Counted from the stretch's first letter, positions 48,981 to 61,919 are shown. The stretch is 64,000 nt of DNA from Candidatus Omnitrophota bacterium (GCA_041662125.1 JBAZTA010000001.1:259118-323117); one strand, 5' to 3'. Translations and numbers: made by a program. Notes: generated from the sequence alone by a model not told the origin.

Positions 48981-49364
48981 CTAGAACTGAGGTTTTTTAA
49001 AAAGAGCTTTATCTTTTATACCCGCGCAAATCCTGTTTTGGATCCAATTTACAATGGTAACCACTTCTTCCTTGGGGGCATCAACAAATTCTATCCCAAG
49101 GATAAAACCAGACACATCACGCACTTTCTTTTCTTTAATATTCTTTATTTTACCAGTACCTGCAAACCGTTTATCGAGTACATCTATTTTTACTTCAAAA
49201 TCGACCTTAGAATCAACGGGGATAATATCTTTTAAAAATATTCCCATACCTTTAAAACCTATATTCACGAGTTCAACGGTAAGATCTTTCGGCTCACTAT
49301 TTACCGACTTAATAACGACGCTTCCGCTCACATCATACCGTATGTAATATCTTCGTTCCTGCAT
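48981..49364 (-). CDS. Single-domain PilZ protein
   Basis: RRYYIRYDV followed by LVNIGFKGMGI. Confidence 0.7.
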   Translation of the reverse strand: MQERRYYIRYDVSGSVVIKSVNSEPKDLTVELVNIGFKGMGIFLKDIIPVDSKVDFEVKIDVLDKRFAGTGKIKNIKEKKVRDVSGFILGIEFVDAPKEEVVTIVNWIQNRICAGIKDKALFKKPQF

Positions 49365-49501
49365 TCCACAGCCTCACGATTGGTTATTGATATTTTCCTC
49401 TTCTAAAATATCTTACCATTAAGCAAGGAACAGTTCAAATACTATCTCGCCGCAGCACCCCAGCATATCGGATTGCTGGGTGCGATTAGCGCGGAGTGCC
49501 C

Positions 49502-50257
49502 CTACATAAGGTTATCCATCGCATCAGCATTTTTACCCGTTATCCCCAACAAATCCGGGACTGTCACGAAGTGATACCCTCTTGCCTCAAGAGCAATGAT
49601 GATTTTTGAAAGAGCATCAATAGTCGGCTGACAGCTATTGCGCTGCTTGAGCCTTCTACCATCATGCAAAATAATAATAGAGCCGTTCCTGACATTACCA
49701 ATAATCCTCTTGGCGATGGTCCCGGCTTTTTTTGACTCCCAATCGAAGCCGCTGACTGACCATTTAATAATAGTATAGCCGTGCTTTCCGGCTTCCTTGA
49801 ACACCCAGGCATTTTCGATCCCATACGGAGGCCTAAACAAAAACAATTCCTGGCCGCAATACTTTCTTACGGCTTCTTCGGTATTCCTGATTTGTTTACG
49901 TATCATCACAGGCTCTTCCATAAACATATCGGGGTGTGAATAGGAATGATTCCCTATCGCATGGCCATCATTAATAATACGGGTAAATATCTCAGGATAC
50001 TTTTCCACATTCTTGCCAATCACAAAAAAAGTCGCCTTAACATTATATTTTTTCAGTTCCTGAAGTATCTGCAATGTATCTTTACTCGGCCCATCATCAA
50101 ACGTAAGAGCGATTTTGCGCGCAGTCGTTACCCCATGCCAATAGACTCTCCCCTTTTTATCGACTTTTTGATGCAAATCTCCCTGAGCCAAAGGGCAATA
50201 TCCCGACAGAGATAAAAACAGGCAAATCACAACGCTTATTACTATTTTATTTTTCAT
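49502..50257 (-). CDS. Polysaccharide deacetylase (NodB homology domain), secreted
   Basis: LTFDDGPS and HSYSHP motifs. The start is trimmed to MKNKIVISVV, which has a signal peptide. The full ORF runs to 50335. Confidence 0.8.
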   Translation of the reverse strand: MKNKIVISVVICLFLSLSGYCPLAQGDLHQKVDKKGRVYWHGVTTARKIALTFDDGPSKDTLQILQELKKYNVKATFFVIGKNVEKYPEIFTRIINDGHAIGNHSYSHPDMFMEEPVMIRKQIRNTEEAVRKYCGQELFLFRPPYGIENAWVFKEAGKHGYTIIKWSVSGFDWESKKAGTIAKRIIGNVRNGSIIILHDGRRLKQRNSCQPTIDALSKIIIALEARGYHFVTVPDLLGITGKNADAMDNLM

Positions 50258-50365
50258 TACTTCTCTGTTAATCTCCCTTAAAAAACCACCCGGTAAAGTC
50301 GCTGCTTCAGTCCGGCCCCAAGAAAATATGGACAAAAAAAGGAAAAAAGAGTATGCTATTTTCTG

Positions 50366-50552
50366 GTAATACCCCGCGCTATCGCACCCAGCCTAATTGG
50401 TGTGACTGGGGTGCTGCGACTGCACCCGGCGCTGATTGGAAATTGCGCCGGTACGCGGCTTTCTGCCGCGGAATTGCGTGGGTGTTTCGCTTTCTGATAA
50501 CACCCGGCGCTTATAGGTATTGCGCCGGTGTTTCGCTTTCTGCGAAAGGAGC
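50366..50552. repeat. REP-like hairpin repeat (family A), three to four modules
   Basis: gcacccagcctaattggtgtgactggggtgc, cacccggcgc tgattggaaatt gcgccggtacg, and acacccggcgc ttataggtatt gcgccggtgtttcgctttctgcg. Located in the slyD upstream region. Confidence 0.7.
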
Positions 50553-50557
50553 AAAAA

Positions 50558-50992
50558 ATGGCTTATGTCAAACACGGCGATACGGTCAAAACCCATTATA
50601 CCGGCACATTAAACGATGGAACTATTTTCGATGATTCACTTACCCGGGAACCTTTACAATTCAAAGTAGGCGATAACGCGCTTATCCCCGGCTTTGAAGA
50701 AGCAATAATCGGCATGAAAACCGGAGAATGGAAAACAGTCAAGATATCCGCGGAAAAAGCGTATGGCCGGTACCGGCAAGATTTAGTCATCGCGGCTGAA
50801 CTAAGAAATCTACCACCGGATATTCACCCGGTAGTCGGACAACAATTGCAGATTAACCAGGATAACGGGACACCTCTTATTGTAACGATAACAGAAATTA
50901 CCAAAACAAAAGTCGTACTCGATGCCAATCACCCCTTAGCAGGAGAAGACCTCACCTTCGAAATAAACCTGGTAGAAATCCTGCCGCCCTGA
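50558..50992 (+). CDS. slyD: FKBP-type peptidyl-prolyl cis-trans isomerase (SlyD-like, with IF insert)
   Basis: MAYVKHGDTVKTHYTGTLNDGTIFDDS FKBP core. 145 aa from the trimmed start. Confidence 0.8.
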   Translation: MAYVKHGDTVKTHYTGTLNDGTIFDDSLTREPLQFKVGDNALIPGFEEAIIGMKTGEWKTVKISAEKAYGRYRQDLVIAAELRNLPPDIHPVVGQQLQINQDNGTPLIVTITEITKTKVVLDANHPLAGEDLTFEINLVEILPP

Positions 50993-51002
50993 TACACTCC
51001 CC

Positions 51003-51479
51003 TTACTCAAGGATAAATTCGTTTGACTTCGCCGTATTCCAAACTATTCCGTTGAGGCTATTATTCTTTTTGACTCCAAATATAATGGTTAATCGATACG
51101 TACCAGGCGCCGGGACAGGAGAAAGTTTTTTCATATAAATAGACGGTTTCCAAAGAAAACTCAAAACCTCTCCAGCAGCGATTTCTTTTAGTTCTAAAAC
51201 ATCATCCTTACATCCCAACCCGCGGCAGCGTGTCGGGAATGCATCCCAGGTCAACGCGGTCCGTTTTTTTTCAAAGTTTGAAATAGCAAACTCCGGAGTA
51301 GCTGTTGCAGCCGCTGAAAGAATACCGGTTTTGCGTTCATTAGCGATACTTACCTTTATTTTCTCTTTGCGCGCATAAGCAGTCTTATCAGTTGTCACGA
51401 GTACCTCTTGAGCATAAACACTCCTCAAGAAAATAATACTTATCACAATGAGAAAAAACGAGCCCCTAGGTTTTATCAT
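51003..51479 (-). CDS. Hypothetical secreted protein
   Basis: Signal-peptide-like N-terminus (MIKPRGSFFLIVISIIFLRSVYAQE). No recognisable domain. Confidence 0.4.
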   Translation of the reverse strand: MIKPRGSFFLIVISIIFLRSVYAQEVLVTTDKTAYARKEKIKVSIANERKTGILSAAATATPEFAISNFEKKRTALTWDAFPTRCRGLGCKDDVLELKEIAAGEVLSFLWKPSIYMKKLSPVPAPGTYRLTIIFGVKKNNSLNGIVWNTAKSNEFILE

Positions 51480-51822
51480 TGGATGAAACGCCCTTTTGAA
51501 CCCCATCGATAATCCGTTGAATTATTGTCCCATCAACCTTGGTGAATTCAACACCAATGCGAAACAACTGCTTACCGTCTTTTTCTAAGGCGAGAGAATA
51601 TTTGATCTTCCCAATCCCGATCAGGGACTTTTCAAGGAACTTATTTATCAGGATAAAATCGGCTTCCGCTCCAACCGGCAGGTTTTCTTGCGCGTACGCT
51701 CCAACACCTAAAGCACAAATATCCACTAACTCCCCCCGGATAGTACGGGACATATCGCTCTTCAACTTAATAATTATCTGCCCTTCAACCGTATACCGTC
51801 TGTATTTACGCTGTTCTTCCAT
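51466..51822 (-). CDS. Single-domain PilZ protein
   Basis: RKYRRYTVEG followed by LVDICALGVGA. Confidence 0.7.
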   Translation of the reverse strand: MEEQRKYRRYTVEGQIIIKLKSDMSRTIRGELVDICALGVGAYAQENLPVGAEADFILINKFLEKSLIGIGKIKYSLALEKDGKQLFRIGVEFTKVDGTIIQRIIDGVQKGVSSNDKT

Positions 51823-52074
51823 ACGTTCTCTTTCCTTTTGTTGTTCGTTCTAGAAAATAACACCTTTATTTATTATAACGCATAGTTAAGAAATCAAAAG
51901 ATTTATTCTTGAAAAAATAACGTTTTCAAAAACCAGCACAAAACACTTGATTTACTCTTATACATACGATATACTTCAACTATACTTTGGAGGAAGTAAA
52001 AAATCGGGTCTTATTTTCTCTTTTTCATGAGAAAATAAGGCTTTTTTTTTAACCAGCCACAAAAGGAGAAAAGA

Positions 52075-53250
52075 ATGAAACGGATAAAATCCTGTTGTTT
52101 CCTGATACTTGCAATACTCTTGTTTACAATCGGCATCTGTGAAGCCGCAAATCTTCTGCTCAATCCTGGCTTTGAAAACGGATTGAATGACTGGCAGGAA
52201 ATATGGGGATTCCCCAGTATATTAAGCAGCGACCAGCATCACGCAGGGGCATTCTCTGCCAGTAAGGAAGTCGGTTTTGTTTATAAAGAATACTGGAGCC
52301 AGATCGCTCAAGATATCGCCATAGCTCCGGGAGAACCGATATACGCCAGGATTTACGCGATGAGCACTTTTAACCCTGAAAGCACTGCCCGCGCAGGACT
52401 TATGCTCCAGTTTCTCGATGCGAATGGCAATGTCATTGGGGCTACCATCAATTCCAGTAAAATCGGAGGAAAAACTCCCTGGAGGCTTTTAGAGCTTACC
52501 GCCAAGAATGCGCCTGCGCGCAGCGTTAAAGCCAGGCTCAGCGGGTATCTGTGGGCCCAAATAGGAGACTCTCGCTCTTTACAGAAAGGAAAAGTCTATT
52601 TCGATGATGCCTTTGCTGATAAACACTATCAACTTCCTAAGCCGCAAACAGCATTACTTAATCAGGGTTTTGAGAATGGGTTGAACGAATGGATCGACGT
52701 TTATGGCTATCCCGCAGTAGTAACTAAAAACCCTATCCACTCAGGCATCTACGCGGCGCGTAAAAGCGTAGCAACAGTAGCTACCCAGGATTATTGGAGT
52801 GAACTCAGGCAAGAAATAAAATGCCCCGCGGGCAAAAAGGTAGTTGCTTCTGTTTTCGCCAAAACAATAATGAATGTCCAAGCCAATGCAAAAGCAGGAC
52901 TGCAAATTTCCCTACTGAACGCTTCCAACAAGGTCCTCAAAAGCTATTCTACCGTGATCGGAGGAAAAACCGATTGGAAGAAACTGGCGCTCTCGGTCTC
53001 AAAAACGCCTACGGGCACTGCTAAAGTCTTGTTAAGCATATTTTTGTATGCCCCGCGCGGCGATCAAATTTCTGTAGACGGAAAAGGGTATTTTGACGAT
53101 ACACGATTAGCGATAACGACCCCGGCAACCGCAAGCAGTCCTGAAGAAGCGAGCGCTACTATAGACGATAAAGCGGCAGTTGTAGAAAACGGGATAATGC
53201 CCGACAATCTTATAACTGACAACAGCGCGCTTACCGTAATAAGCGATTAA
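52075..53250 (+). CDS. Secreted protein with two tandem carbohydrate-binding-module-like repeats (CBM4/9-type NPGFENG...W)
   Basis: Signal peptide, then an internal duplication of about 170 aa. The units begin NLLLNPGFENGLNDWQEIWGFPS and ALLNQGFENGLNEWIDVYGYPA. Confidence 0.55.
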   Translation: MKRIKSCCFLILAILLFTIGICEAANLLLNPGFENGLNDWQEIWGFPSILSSDQHHAGAFSASKEVGFVYKEYWSQIAQDIAIAPGEPIYARIYAMSTFNPESTARAGLMLQFLDANGNVIGATINSSKIGGKTPWRLLELTAKNAPARSVKARLSGYLWAQIGDSRSLQKGKVYFDDAFADKHYQLPKPQTALLNQGFENGLNEWIDVYGYPAVVTKNPIHSGIYAARKSVATVATQDYWSELRQEIKCPAGKKVVASVFAKTIMNVQANAKAGLQISLLNASNKVLKSYSTVIGGKTDWKKLALSVSKTPTGTAKVLLSIFLYAPRGDQISVDGKGYFDDTRLAITTPATASSPEEASATIDDKAAVVENGIMPDNLITDNSALTVISD

Positions 53251-53260
53251 TTAAGAAAAA

Positions 53261-53305
53261 GAAGCGGGGCTCCTTTTTGATACCGGGCCCCGCTTTTTTC
53301 TTTTG
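53261..53305 (+). terminator. Rho-independent terminator
   Basis: gaagcggggc...gccccgctt, a 9 bp GC-rich stem followed by tttttt. Confidence 0.7.
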
Positions 53306-53315
53306 AGCAAAAGCG

Positions 53316-54146
53316 CTACTTTCTGAAAAACAAAAATACCAATACTGCAGCAATGACCGCCCCCAGGGCCCAATAAACCCAGGGAAAAGAATTAGACGGC
53401 CGATAGTATGGATTTTTTCTTGAGTTCCATCCTGAAAATGAAGCTTTTTTATTTTCAACCGTTACATCGCAAGCGTCAACAGTTTCCTGGGGGCTATCGC
53501 TCCAACAGGTAAATTGCACCCCTTTCTCCGTTATACGCGAATCCCGGGCATCTATCACTAAACCGCGGCTGGAGCGTTCCAGAAGCCCTGTTATCAAAAC
53601 GTCGGATATTTCTATTGCTCTTTCTGAAAAACCGGATGTCGTAAAAAAAGAACGCAGCATATACCGTAGGAACTTCCGCGCGACCTCCTCATTACGCACA
53701 CAGATATGCGCATGCTTCTCCTCACGCGAAGAAAATAAAATACTGCTTCCGAAAGCAGCGCACAAGTCAGAATACCGGCTGATATCACTTTTAAATATTT
53801 CAAGATCAATTGAAGAGATCTGCGCTAAAGTCGGGACCCTCTTGACATCAATCCAATCTACCTCATATTGAGAAATATCTTTAAATGCTAATAACCCTTT
53901 TTTAGGAAATACACAAATCCCCTCTTTCTCATCAATAAACTCAAGCTCAGGCACTTTGAGGTTCTTGATCACCTTAAAAGCTTGAGTATTTATCACTGAG
54001 CCAAAACCGAATAAAACGACCTTTTCAGCTTCAATCGAATCTTGCAATAACAGAAAAGCTTCAGAAAACGTAAGCGGACTAAAATATAACTGCCACCATT
54101 GATTCTTTTTAACAGCTTTAAACCAAATTTGATCTTTTCCCGGCAC
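53316..54146 (-). CDS. Hypothetical protein with C-terminal TM anchor
   Basis: 276 aa with a hydrophobic C-terminal segment WVYWALGAVIAAVLVFLFF. Confidence 0.4.
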   Translation of the reverse strand: MPGKDQIWFKAVKKNQWWQLYFSPLTFSEAFLLLQDSIEAEKVVLFGFGSVINTQAFKVIKNLKVPELEFIDEKEGICVFPKKGLLAFKDISQYEVDWIDVKRVPTLAQISSIDLEIFKSDISRYSDLCAAFGSSILFSSREEKHAHICVRNEEVARKFLRYMLRSFFTTSGFSERAIEISDVLITGLLERSSRGLVIDARDSRITEKGVQFTCWSDSPQETVDACDVTVENKKASFSGWNSRKNPYYRPSNSFPWVYWALGAVIAAVLVFLFFRK

Positions 54147-54445
54147 AGGAAACTCCTTTCTTTATCAATATATCTACAACTGGGACGCTTACCTAAACTT
54201 ACTCCTACTTACTTATATTTAATTATATATACTCAATATTACTCTTATTATATTATTAATACCTAAAGTTAACAGACATTGATAATTTTCTGTCTTACCG
54301 ACGATAGACACATATTACCTAAACTTACTTAGTATTACCTATACATACTTATTATTACTCGTACGCACTTTTGCTTCAAACAATAGGCCTTCCAACGCCA
54401 TAACTATGTTTATTATCTCACAATAATCCTTCAGACTCAAGGGAT

Positions 54446-54480
54446 TTAAAACAAAAAAACCTGCCTTTTCAAAGCAGGTT
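54446..54480 (-). terminator. Rho-independent terminator (cctgc...gcagg hairpin with T-run on minus strand)
   Basis: Lies about 300 nt downstream of the lipoprotein gene stop. Confidence 0.45.
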
Positions 54481-54777
54481 ATCTTAAGATAAAATATTTA
54501 GGTAAGGGGTGGCGTATCGCCTAAGGTTCTTGCCCATATCCGTCTGCCACCCCTTTATCTGGGTAACTTTCGACCCCGAAATTGATTGAGACGGATGCGA
54601 GATGGGGTTAATCAAGAACAATATTAGTATAACACATTAACCTCAACCATGCCACCTGATGGAACGAAAATTACCCGTCGATAAAACAAAAAAATACTAT
54701 TTTCCTGAAATAATTCTTCTCCTTAAAACAAAAAGCCCACCTTATATCAAGATGGGCTTTTGTTTGTTTATTAAAGC

Positions 54778-55092
54778 TTAATCGCCGTAAACTACGGTTG
54801 TATACTCGCCGTAAAGGCCTAAGATATTCTTTGTTTCATAATCAACATATTTGATTTTGGTGATCTTGCCGTTTTCCATAGCGGCTTTAATACTGGCATC
54901 ACCGGTAGCAACAAGCCCTAATATTGAAGTGGCTTTTGACATACCTACTTTATTTCCTGACCCAGCATCACCCGCGGCAACCGGAGATTTGATCTCGGTA
55001 TAAAAAGCCCCGTACGGATACGGTGTAGCGCAACCGGATAAAAGGACTCCTGCTGCAAAAATTATTACCAGCACTCCTACTGCTTTCTTCAT
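54778..55092 (-). CDS. Small lipoprotein (TRL-like family)
   Basis: Lipobox LLSGC, with a TRL-like C-terminal KIKYVDYETKNILGLYGEYTTVVYGD. A perfect promoter and SD lie upstream. Confidence 0.6.
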   Translation of the reverse strand: MKKAVGVLVIIFAAGVLLSGCATPYPYGAFYTEIKSPVAAGDAGSGNKVGMSKATSILGLVATGDASIKAAMENGKITKIKYVDYETKNILGLYGEYTTVVYGD

Positions 55093-55140
55093 CTCTACCT
55101 CCTTTTGCTCACACTTCTTTTTCCTACAATGACAGTATAA

Positions 55141-55170
55141 ATATTATACCTCTGCCAACTACCTTGTCAA
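55141..55170 (-). promoter_or_regulatory. Consensus sigma70 promoter (TTGACA, 18 nt spacer, TATAAT)
   Basis: ttgacaaggtagttggcagaggtataat, about 45 nt upstream of the lipoprotein ATG, which has an AAGGAGG SD. Confidence 0.6.
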
Positions 55171-55186
55171 CCTCAAAATACCCCTG

Positions 55187-55223
55187 TAAAATAAAAATCC
55201 CAAGCCATAACTAAAGCTTGGGA
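55187..55223 (-). terminator. Rho-independent terminator of gene 55268..55801
   Basis: cccaagc...gcttggg, a 7 bp stem followed by atttttatttt on the minus strand. Confidence 0.6.
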
Positions 55224-55267
55224 TCGGGGAAGAAAACATCTTTTATTTCTTTACTTCTGCTGGGATT

Positions 55268-55801
55268 TTAAAAGCGGGTTTTGAAAACGTAAGTAAATCC
55301 ACCTTTGCTGAATTCAGGCTTACCTTTAAGCTTAAACACTCTTACACTACATTTATCTTTAACCCACGCCTCAACTTCTTTCGCTTTATAATACGGGGAC
55401 CAAATATCGATCCCAAATACCTTTGCCCACTCTTGGCGTATCATCTTTTCTTCGCTTACCTTTGGCGTATTATAGAACGAGCGAAATGCCTGACGGCTGG
55501 CGGCGATAGTGTCGCTGCGTCCTTGCTCCAAGTATTCTCTCGGCAACAATTGAAATTGCGGCCACTGCACAGGCTTATCCATGAAATCATCGGAGTTATC
55601 ATAGAGATGCTCAAGGATTTTTTCTCGAGGCTCTATAACATTATTTTTCATTATGATGATTTTCTCAAGAGCTACGATATTCTCTCTTGATAAGAAGCCA
55701 TACGGGATTTTTGGGTTAACAAAAGCATCCTGAGCAGCAAGAGGCACAGTGAGATACCCAATTAAACATACTAAGACTACTACTCTGATAATCAAATGCA
55801 T
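55268..55801 (-). CDS. Hypothetical secreted protein
   Basis: Start MHLIIRVVVLVCLIGYLTVPLAAQDA (signal peptide) with a GGAGGG SD. Confidence 0.45.
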   Translation of the reverse strand: MHLIIRVVVLVCLIGYLTVPLAAQDAFVNPKIPYGFLSRENIVALEKIIIMKNNVIEPREKILEHLYDNSDDFMDKPVQWPQFQLLPREYLEQGRSDTIAASRQAFRSFYNTPKVSEEKMIRQEWAKVFGIDIWSPYYKAKEVEAWVKDKCSVRVFKLKGKPEFSKGGFTYVFKTRF

Positions 55802-56069
55802 CGCGCCCTCCGGAAACAAAAAAACCTATTCTCAAAAGAATAGGTTTGCAAAATGCGGTGTTTACTTCGGCAACCCAGCTGCCTTTCTTTAGATCAAGTG
55901 AAGGCCTGTGGCTTTGCGTCCTACCCTTTCGGGAAGTTTGCCTTTTCGTTCATTTTATGACATAACTTCTTAGTTTCTAAACAGTTTACTCCTAATTAAA
56001 ATATAACATATAATCGAACATATTACCATGTCGCTTGGCAAGTAAATTAATAGATACGAGTCTTCACCT

Positions 56070-56894
56070 TTATTTCCAAAGGATTTTAAGGGGATTTCGT
56101 ACCGGTATCCGGCTATAGCGGTATTTCGGGTACCCGATCATCATGGCCGCGCCTGCTAAGGCTCTTGAGGACAGCCCGACGGACTTTCTTACCTCTTCTG
56201 ACATCGAAAGCGCCATTGCCACGTATCCGCCCCAGCATGCTCCCAGTCCGAGCCCGAACGCCGCAAGCTCCAAATATTCTCCCGCGATGGTGCATGACTG
56301 AGGGACCATCGGATCATCCTTAAGCCCGTAAGCGACGGCAACGCACGGCGCTCCCCTGCAGATCATATCATTCCCTTTCTTCCAAGATTGGACCAAACGT
56401 TCAAAACGTAGAGACTGGGCTAAAGGAGAGTTGTTCTCTAAAAGCCCCTCCATCCAGCCGGTTACCGCTGCGACGAGTCCGCGCACTTTATTGTTTCCCA
56501 TGACCACCAGCCAGTTGACCGGCTGACGGTTGATCCCTGAAGGAGCGTATCGGGCGATATCAAGGAGCTTCTCGACCAATTCTTTCTTAACAGGTTCGGA
56601 TTTGTACACGCGGATCGAACGCCTGCCTTTTAAGAAGAGCTCGACCTGCTCCGCGTTCGGTAATTTCGCCGGATCAAGCGGCATTGAGTTATCAGGGCTC
56701 ATCGTTGACAGCGTGATAGCGCCATAGGGGCAGGCCGAGAAACAGTGTCCGCAATTTATACAAATATCTCCGCCGCCGTCCACGAATTCCGGAACGCGCT
56801 CTTTCTCATTCATCCGCACGATCTTAATCGGGCAGACTTCCACGCATATCCCGTCTTTATTGCATTTCTTTTTATCAACCTGGAAAGTGACCAT
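56070..56894 (-). CDS. Nitroreductase-family protein with N-terminal 2x[4Fe-4S] ferredoxin domain
   Basis: CNKDGICVEVCP and CINCGHCFSACP cluster motifs, followed by a nitroreductase fold. Confidence 0.7.
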   Translation of the reverse strand: MVTFQVDKKKCNKDGICVEVCPIKIVRMNEKERVPEFVDGGGDICINCGHCFSACPYGAITLSTMSPDNSMPLDPAKLPNAEQVELFLKGRRSIRVYKSEPVKKELVEKLLDIARYAPSGINRQPVNWLVVMGNNKVRGLVAAVTGWMEGLLENNSPLAQSLRFERLVQSWKKGNDMICRGAPCVAVAYGLKDDPMVPQSCTIAGEYLELAAFGLGLGACWGGYVAMALSMSEEVRKSVGLSSRALAGAAMMIGYPKYRYSRIPVRNPLKILWK

Positions 56895-56915
56895 AGTCTC
56901 GCCTACACCTATTCT

Positions 56916-57407
56916 TCATTTGCCTGGAACACGCCCCGCGTTTTTCTCAACTATTTCAGCGGCACGGCTCAATTCTTCTAAAATCTCCAGGCATTCCTGC
57001 TTACTAAATCGGCCGATATTATTAAATAACCATTCGCCTCTCTTAAGTGAATCAATTGCCCGGCTATAATAAATCTTATTTCCTTTTAAGAAGGCATTTT
57101 GAGTAGGCCGGGGATAGGATAGGACAAAAAGTTTTTCTTTTTGCACGGGACAACGCACTTCAATACACGGATTCATATTATTATTCTCATTATCCCCCAT
57201 AAAATAAGATACCGATATTTTTCTTCCTTTGTAAAACCCCGTCAGGGATTTAACAAGAAATGAATTATTCACAGAAACCCCTTCTAAAACCTCTGAGAAA
57301 GAATCGATCGCAAGGTCAGCCCTTTCATACAGACGCCTGTAGCTATAAATCACAATAATAACCACAACCACGATTATAAATAGATAAAACGCGCTGATTG
57401 GGCACAT
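56916..57407 (-). CDS. Hypothetical membrane-anchored protein
   Basis: N-terminal TM helix FYLFIIVVVVIIVIY. No other motifs. Confidence 0.4.
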   Translation of the reverse strand: MCPISAFYLFIIVVVVIIVIYSYRRLYERADLAIDSFSEVLEGVSVNNSFLVKSLTGFYKGRKISVSYFMGDNENNNMNPCIEVRCPVQKEKLFVLSYPRPTQNAFLKGNKIYYSRAIDSLKRGEWLFNNIGRFSKQECLEILEELSRAAEIVEKNAGRVPGK

Positions 57408-57638
57408 AAATAACGCCTCCTCTCTCGATTAGTATTTATTATACCTCACCAAAAATAAATCCCAAGTACTTTTCAAGGAAGTCAAACCGGGTCACCAGTG
57501 CCCCAGTGTTATCGATATAAAACAAAAATTCCCAAGCCCTTATTGGGGGTTGGGATATTTGTTTAGGAACCTGATTATTTATATATGGTTATGTACAACG
57601 TCTAGGAATCCCAGCCAATAAGCTTGTCAACTCTAAAA

Positions 57639-57872
57639 TGCCCCTGTCAATTCTCGAGCGAATGTCGATTTTAGCAAAAGCAGCTTGAGCAGCGAGGGCA
57701 TCCCGAGGCCAGCCGAAAGGCTGGCAATCTCGGGACGGCGATGCTGTTTGAGCACTTTTTACTAGAGTAAAAAGTACGAGTTCAGCAGCCGCCGAGCTGC
57801 GAAAGATCTTTTGCGTAATCCCGGCTTTGCCTGGATATAAAATCGACCTGAGCGAGAGAATTGGCAGGGGCA
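57639..57872 (+). ncRNA. Candidate structured RNA / rod-like palindromic element, copy 2
   Basis: Reverse-complement homolog of 36345..36587. Closing helix ugccccugucaauucuc with gagaauuggcaggggca. GNRA hairpin cagcc GAAA ggcug. A-T hairpin acuuuuuac uagag uaaaaagu. Ends at a bidirectional terminator. Confidence 0.55.
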
Positions 57873-57910
57873 TTTTGGGTAGAAGATAATTTTGTTGCAT
57901 TCGGCGGAGT

Positions 57911-57953
57911 AAATAAAAAAGCCAGAGAAATTAATCCCTGGCTTTTTTATTTT
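57911..57953. terminator. Bidirectional terminator shared by the rRNA operon (minus) and the candidate ncRNA (plus)
   Basis: agccagag...ccctggct stem flanked by an A-run and a T-run. Confidence 0.6.
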
Positions 57954-57956
57954 AAG

Positions 57957-58069
57957 GAGCACCGACCTACTCTCACATACCCTTACGAGTACACTACCAT
58001 CGGCCCTGAGGGGCTTAACTACCGTATTCGGAATGGGAACGGGTGTTTCCCCCTCGGTAAAAGCACTCC
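57957..58069 (-). rRNA. rrf: 5S ribosomal RNA
   Basis: The reverse complement reads ...GCCGATGGTAGTGTACTCGTAAGGGTATGTGAGAGTAGGTCGGTGC. Confidence 0.9.
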
Positions 58070-58159
58070 AAATATTTTTGCTTTATTTGAAAAGCAATTT
58101 AGAGTATCAACAACTACAAATATAAGGTAAACTTACAATATAACAACCGAGAAAAAAGT

Positions 58160-61525
<3,366 letters not shown>

Positions 61526-61763
61526 GAAAAACTTAGTTCTCGATTTATTAATTGTAGTTTTACCCTATATTCGTAGTTGTCAAAGAACATAAATCCACGC
61601 AACAAAGCGTGAAATAAAATTTATGTCAAAATTTACTTGTCGGAAGAACGGTGTGGCGTCGCACTCGCGATGCGCTCGTGGCACTCCGCTCGCTACGGCG
61701 CTTGTCGCGCCGTTTAACGCTCGCTTTAGTGCCATTTAAAATTTCCTTACCGGAAATTTTAAA

Positions 61764-61836
61764 TGGAGGCGAGCAGGATCGAACTGCCGACCCCCTGCTT
61801 GCAAAGCAGGTGCTCTCCCAGCTGAGCTACGCCCCC
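61764..61836 (-). tRNA. tRNA-Ala (UGC), CCA encoded
   Basis: Reverse complement GGGGGCGTAGCTCAGCTGGGAGAGCACCTGCTTTGCAAGCAGGGGGTCGGCAGTTCGATCCTGCTCGCCTCCA. Confidence 0.95.
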
Positions 61837-61845
61837 AAAATTTAA

Positions 61846-61919
61846 TGGGCCCAAGTGGACTCGAACCACTGACCCCAGTCTTATCAGGGCTGTGCTCTAA
61901 CCAGCTGAGCTATGGGCCC
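61846..61919 (-). tRNA. tRNA-Ile (GAU)
   Basis: Reverse complement GGGCCCATAGCTCAGCTGGTTAGAGCACAGCCCTGATAAGACTGGGGTCAGTGGTTCGAGTCCACTTGGGCCCA. Located in the 16S-23S spacer. Confidence 0.95.

Noticed and set aside
3340-50552. Possibility that the GCTTTCTGC-containing repeats are a CRISPR array
   Set aside because: Units are irregularly spaced, imperfect, and dispersed across five loci in both orientations. They have no uniform spacers and no cas genes, so they are REP-like and not CRISPR.
57589-57962. ORFs 57589..57900 and 57762..57962 (103 and 66 aa) and ORF 36316..36534
   Set aside because: They fall on the structured RNA-like elements. Their apparent peptide similarity reflects nucleotide homology of a non-coding repeat.
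61640-61740. GC-rich low-complexity stretch (gcactcgcgatgcgctcgtggcactccgctcgctacggcgcttgtcgcgcc) in the tRNA-23S spacer
   Set aside because: It is most simply the rRNA processing-stem region of the ITS, and there is no evidence for an independent feature.
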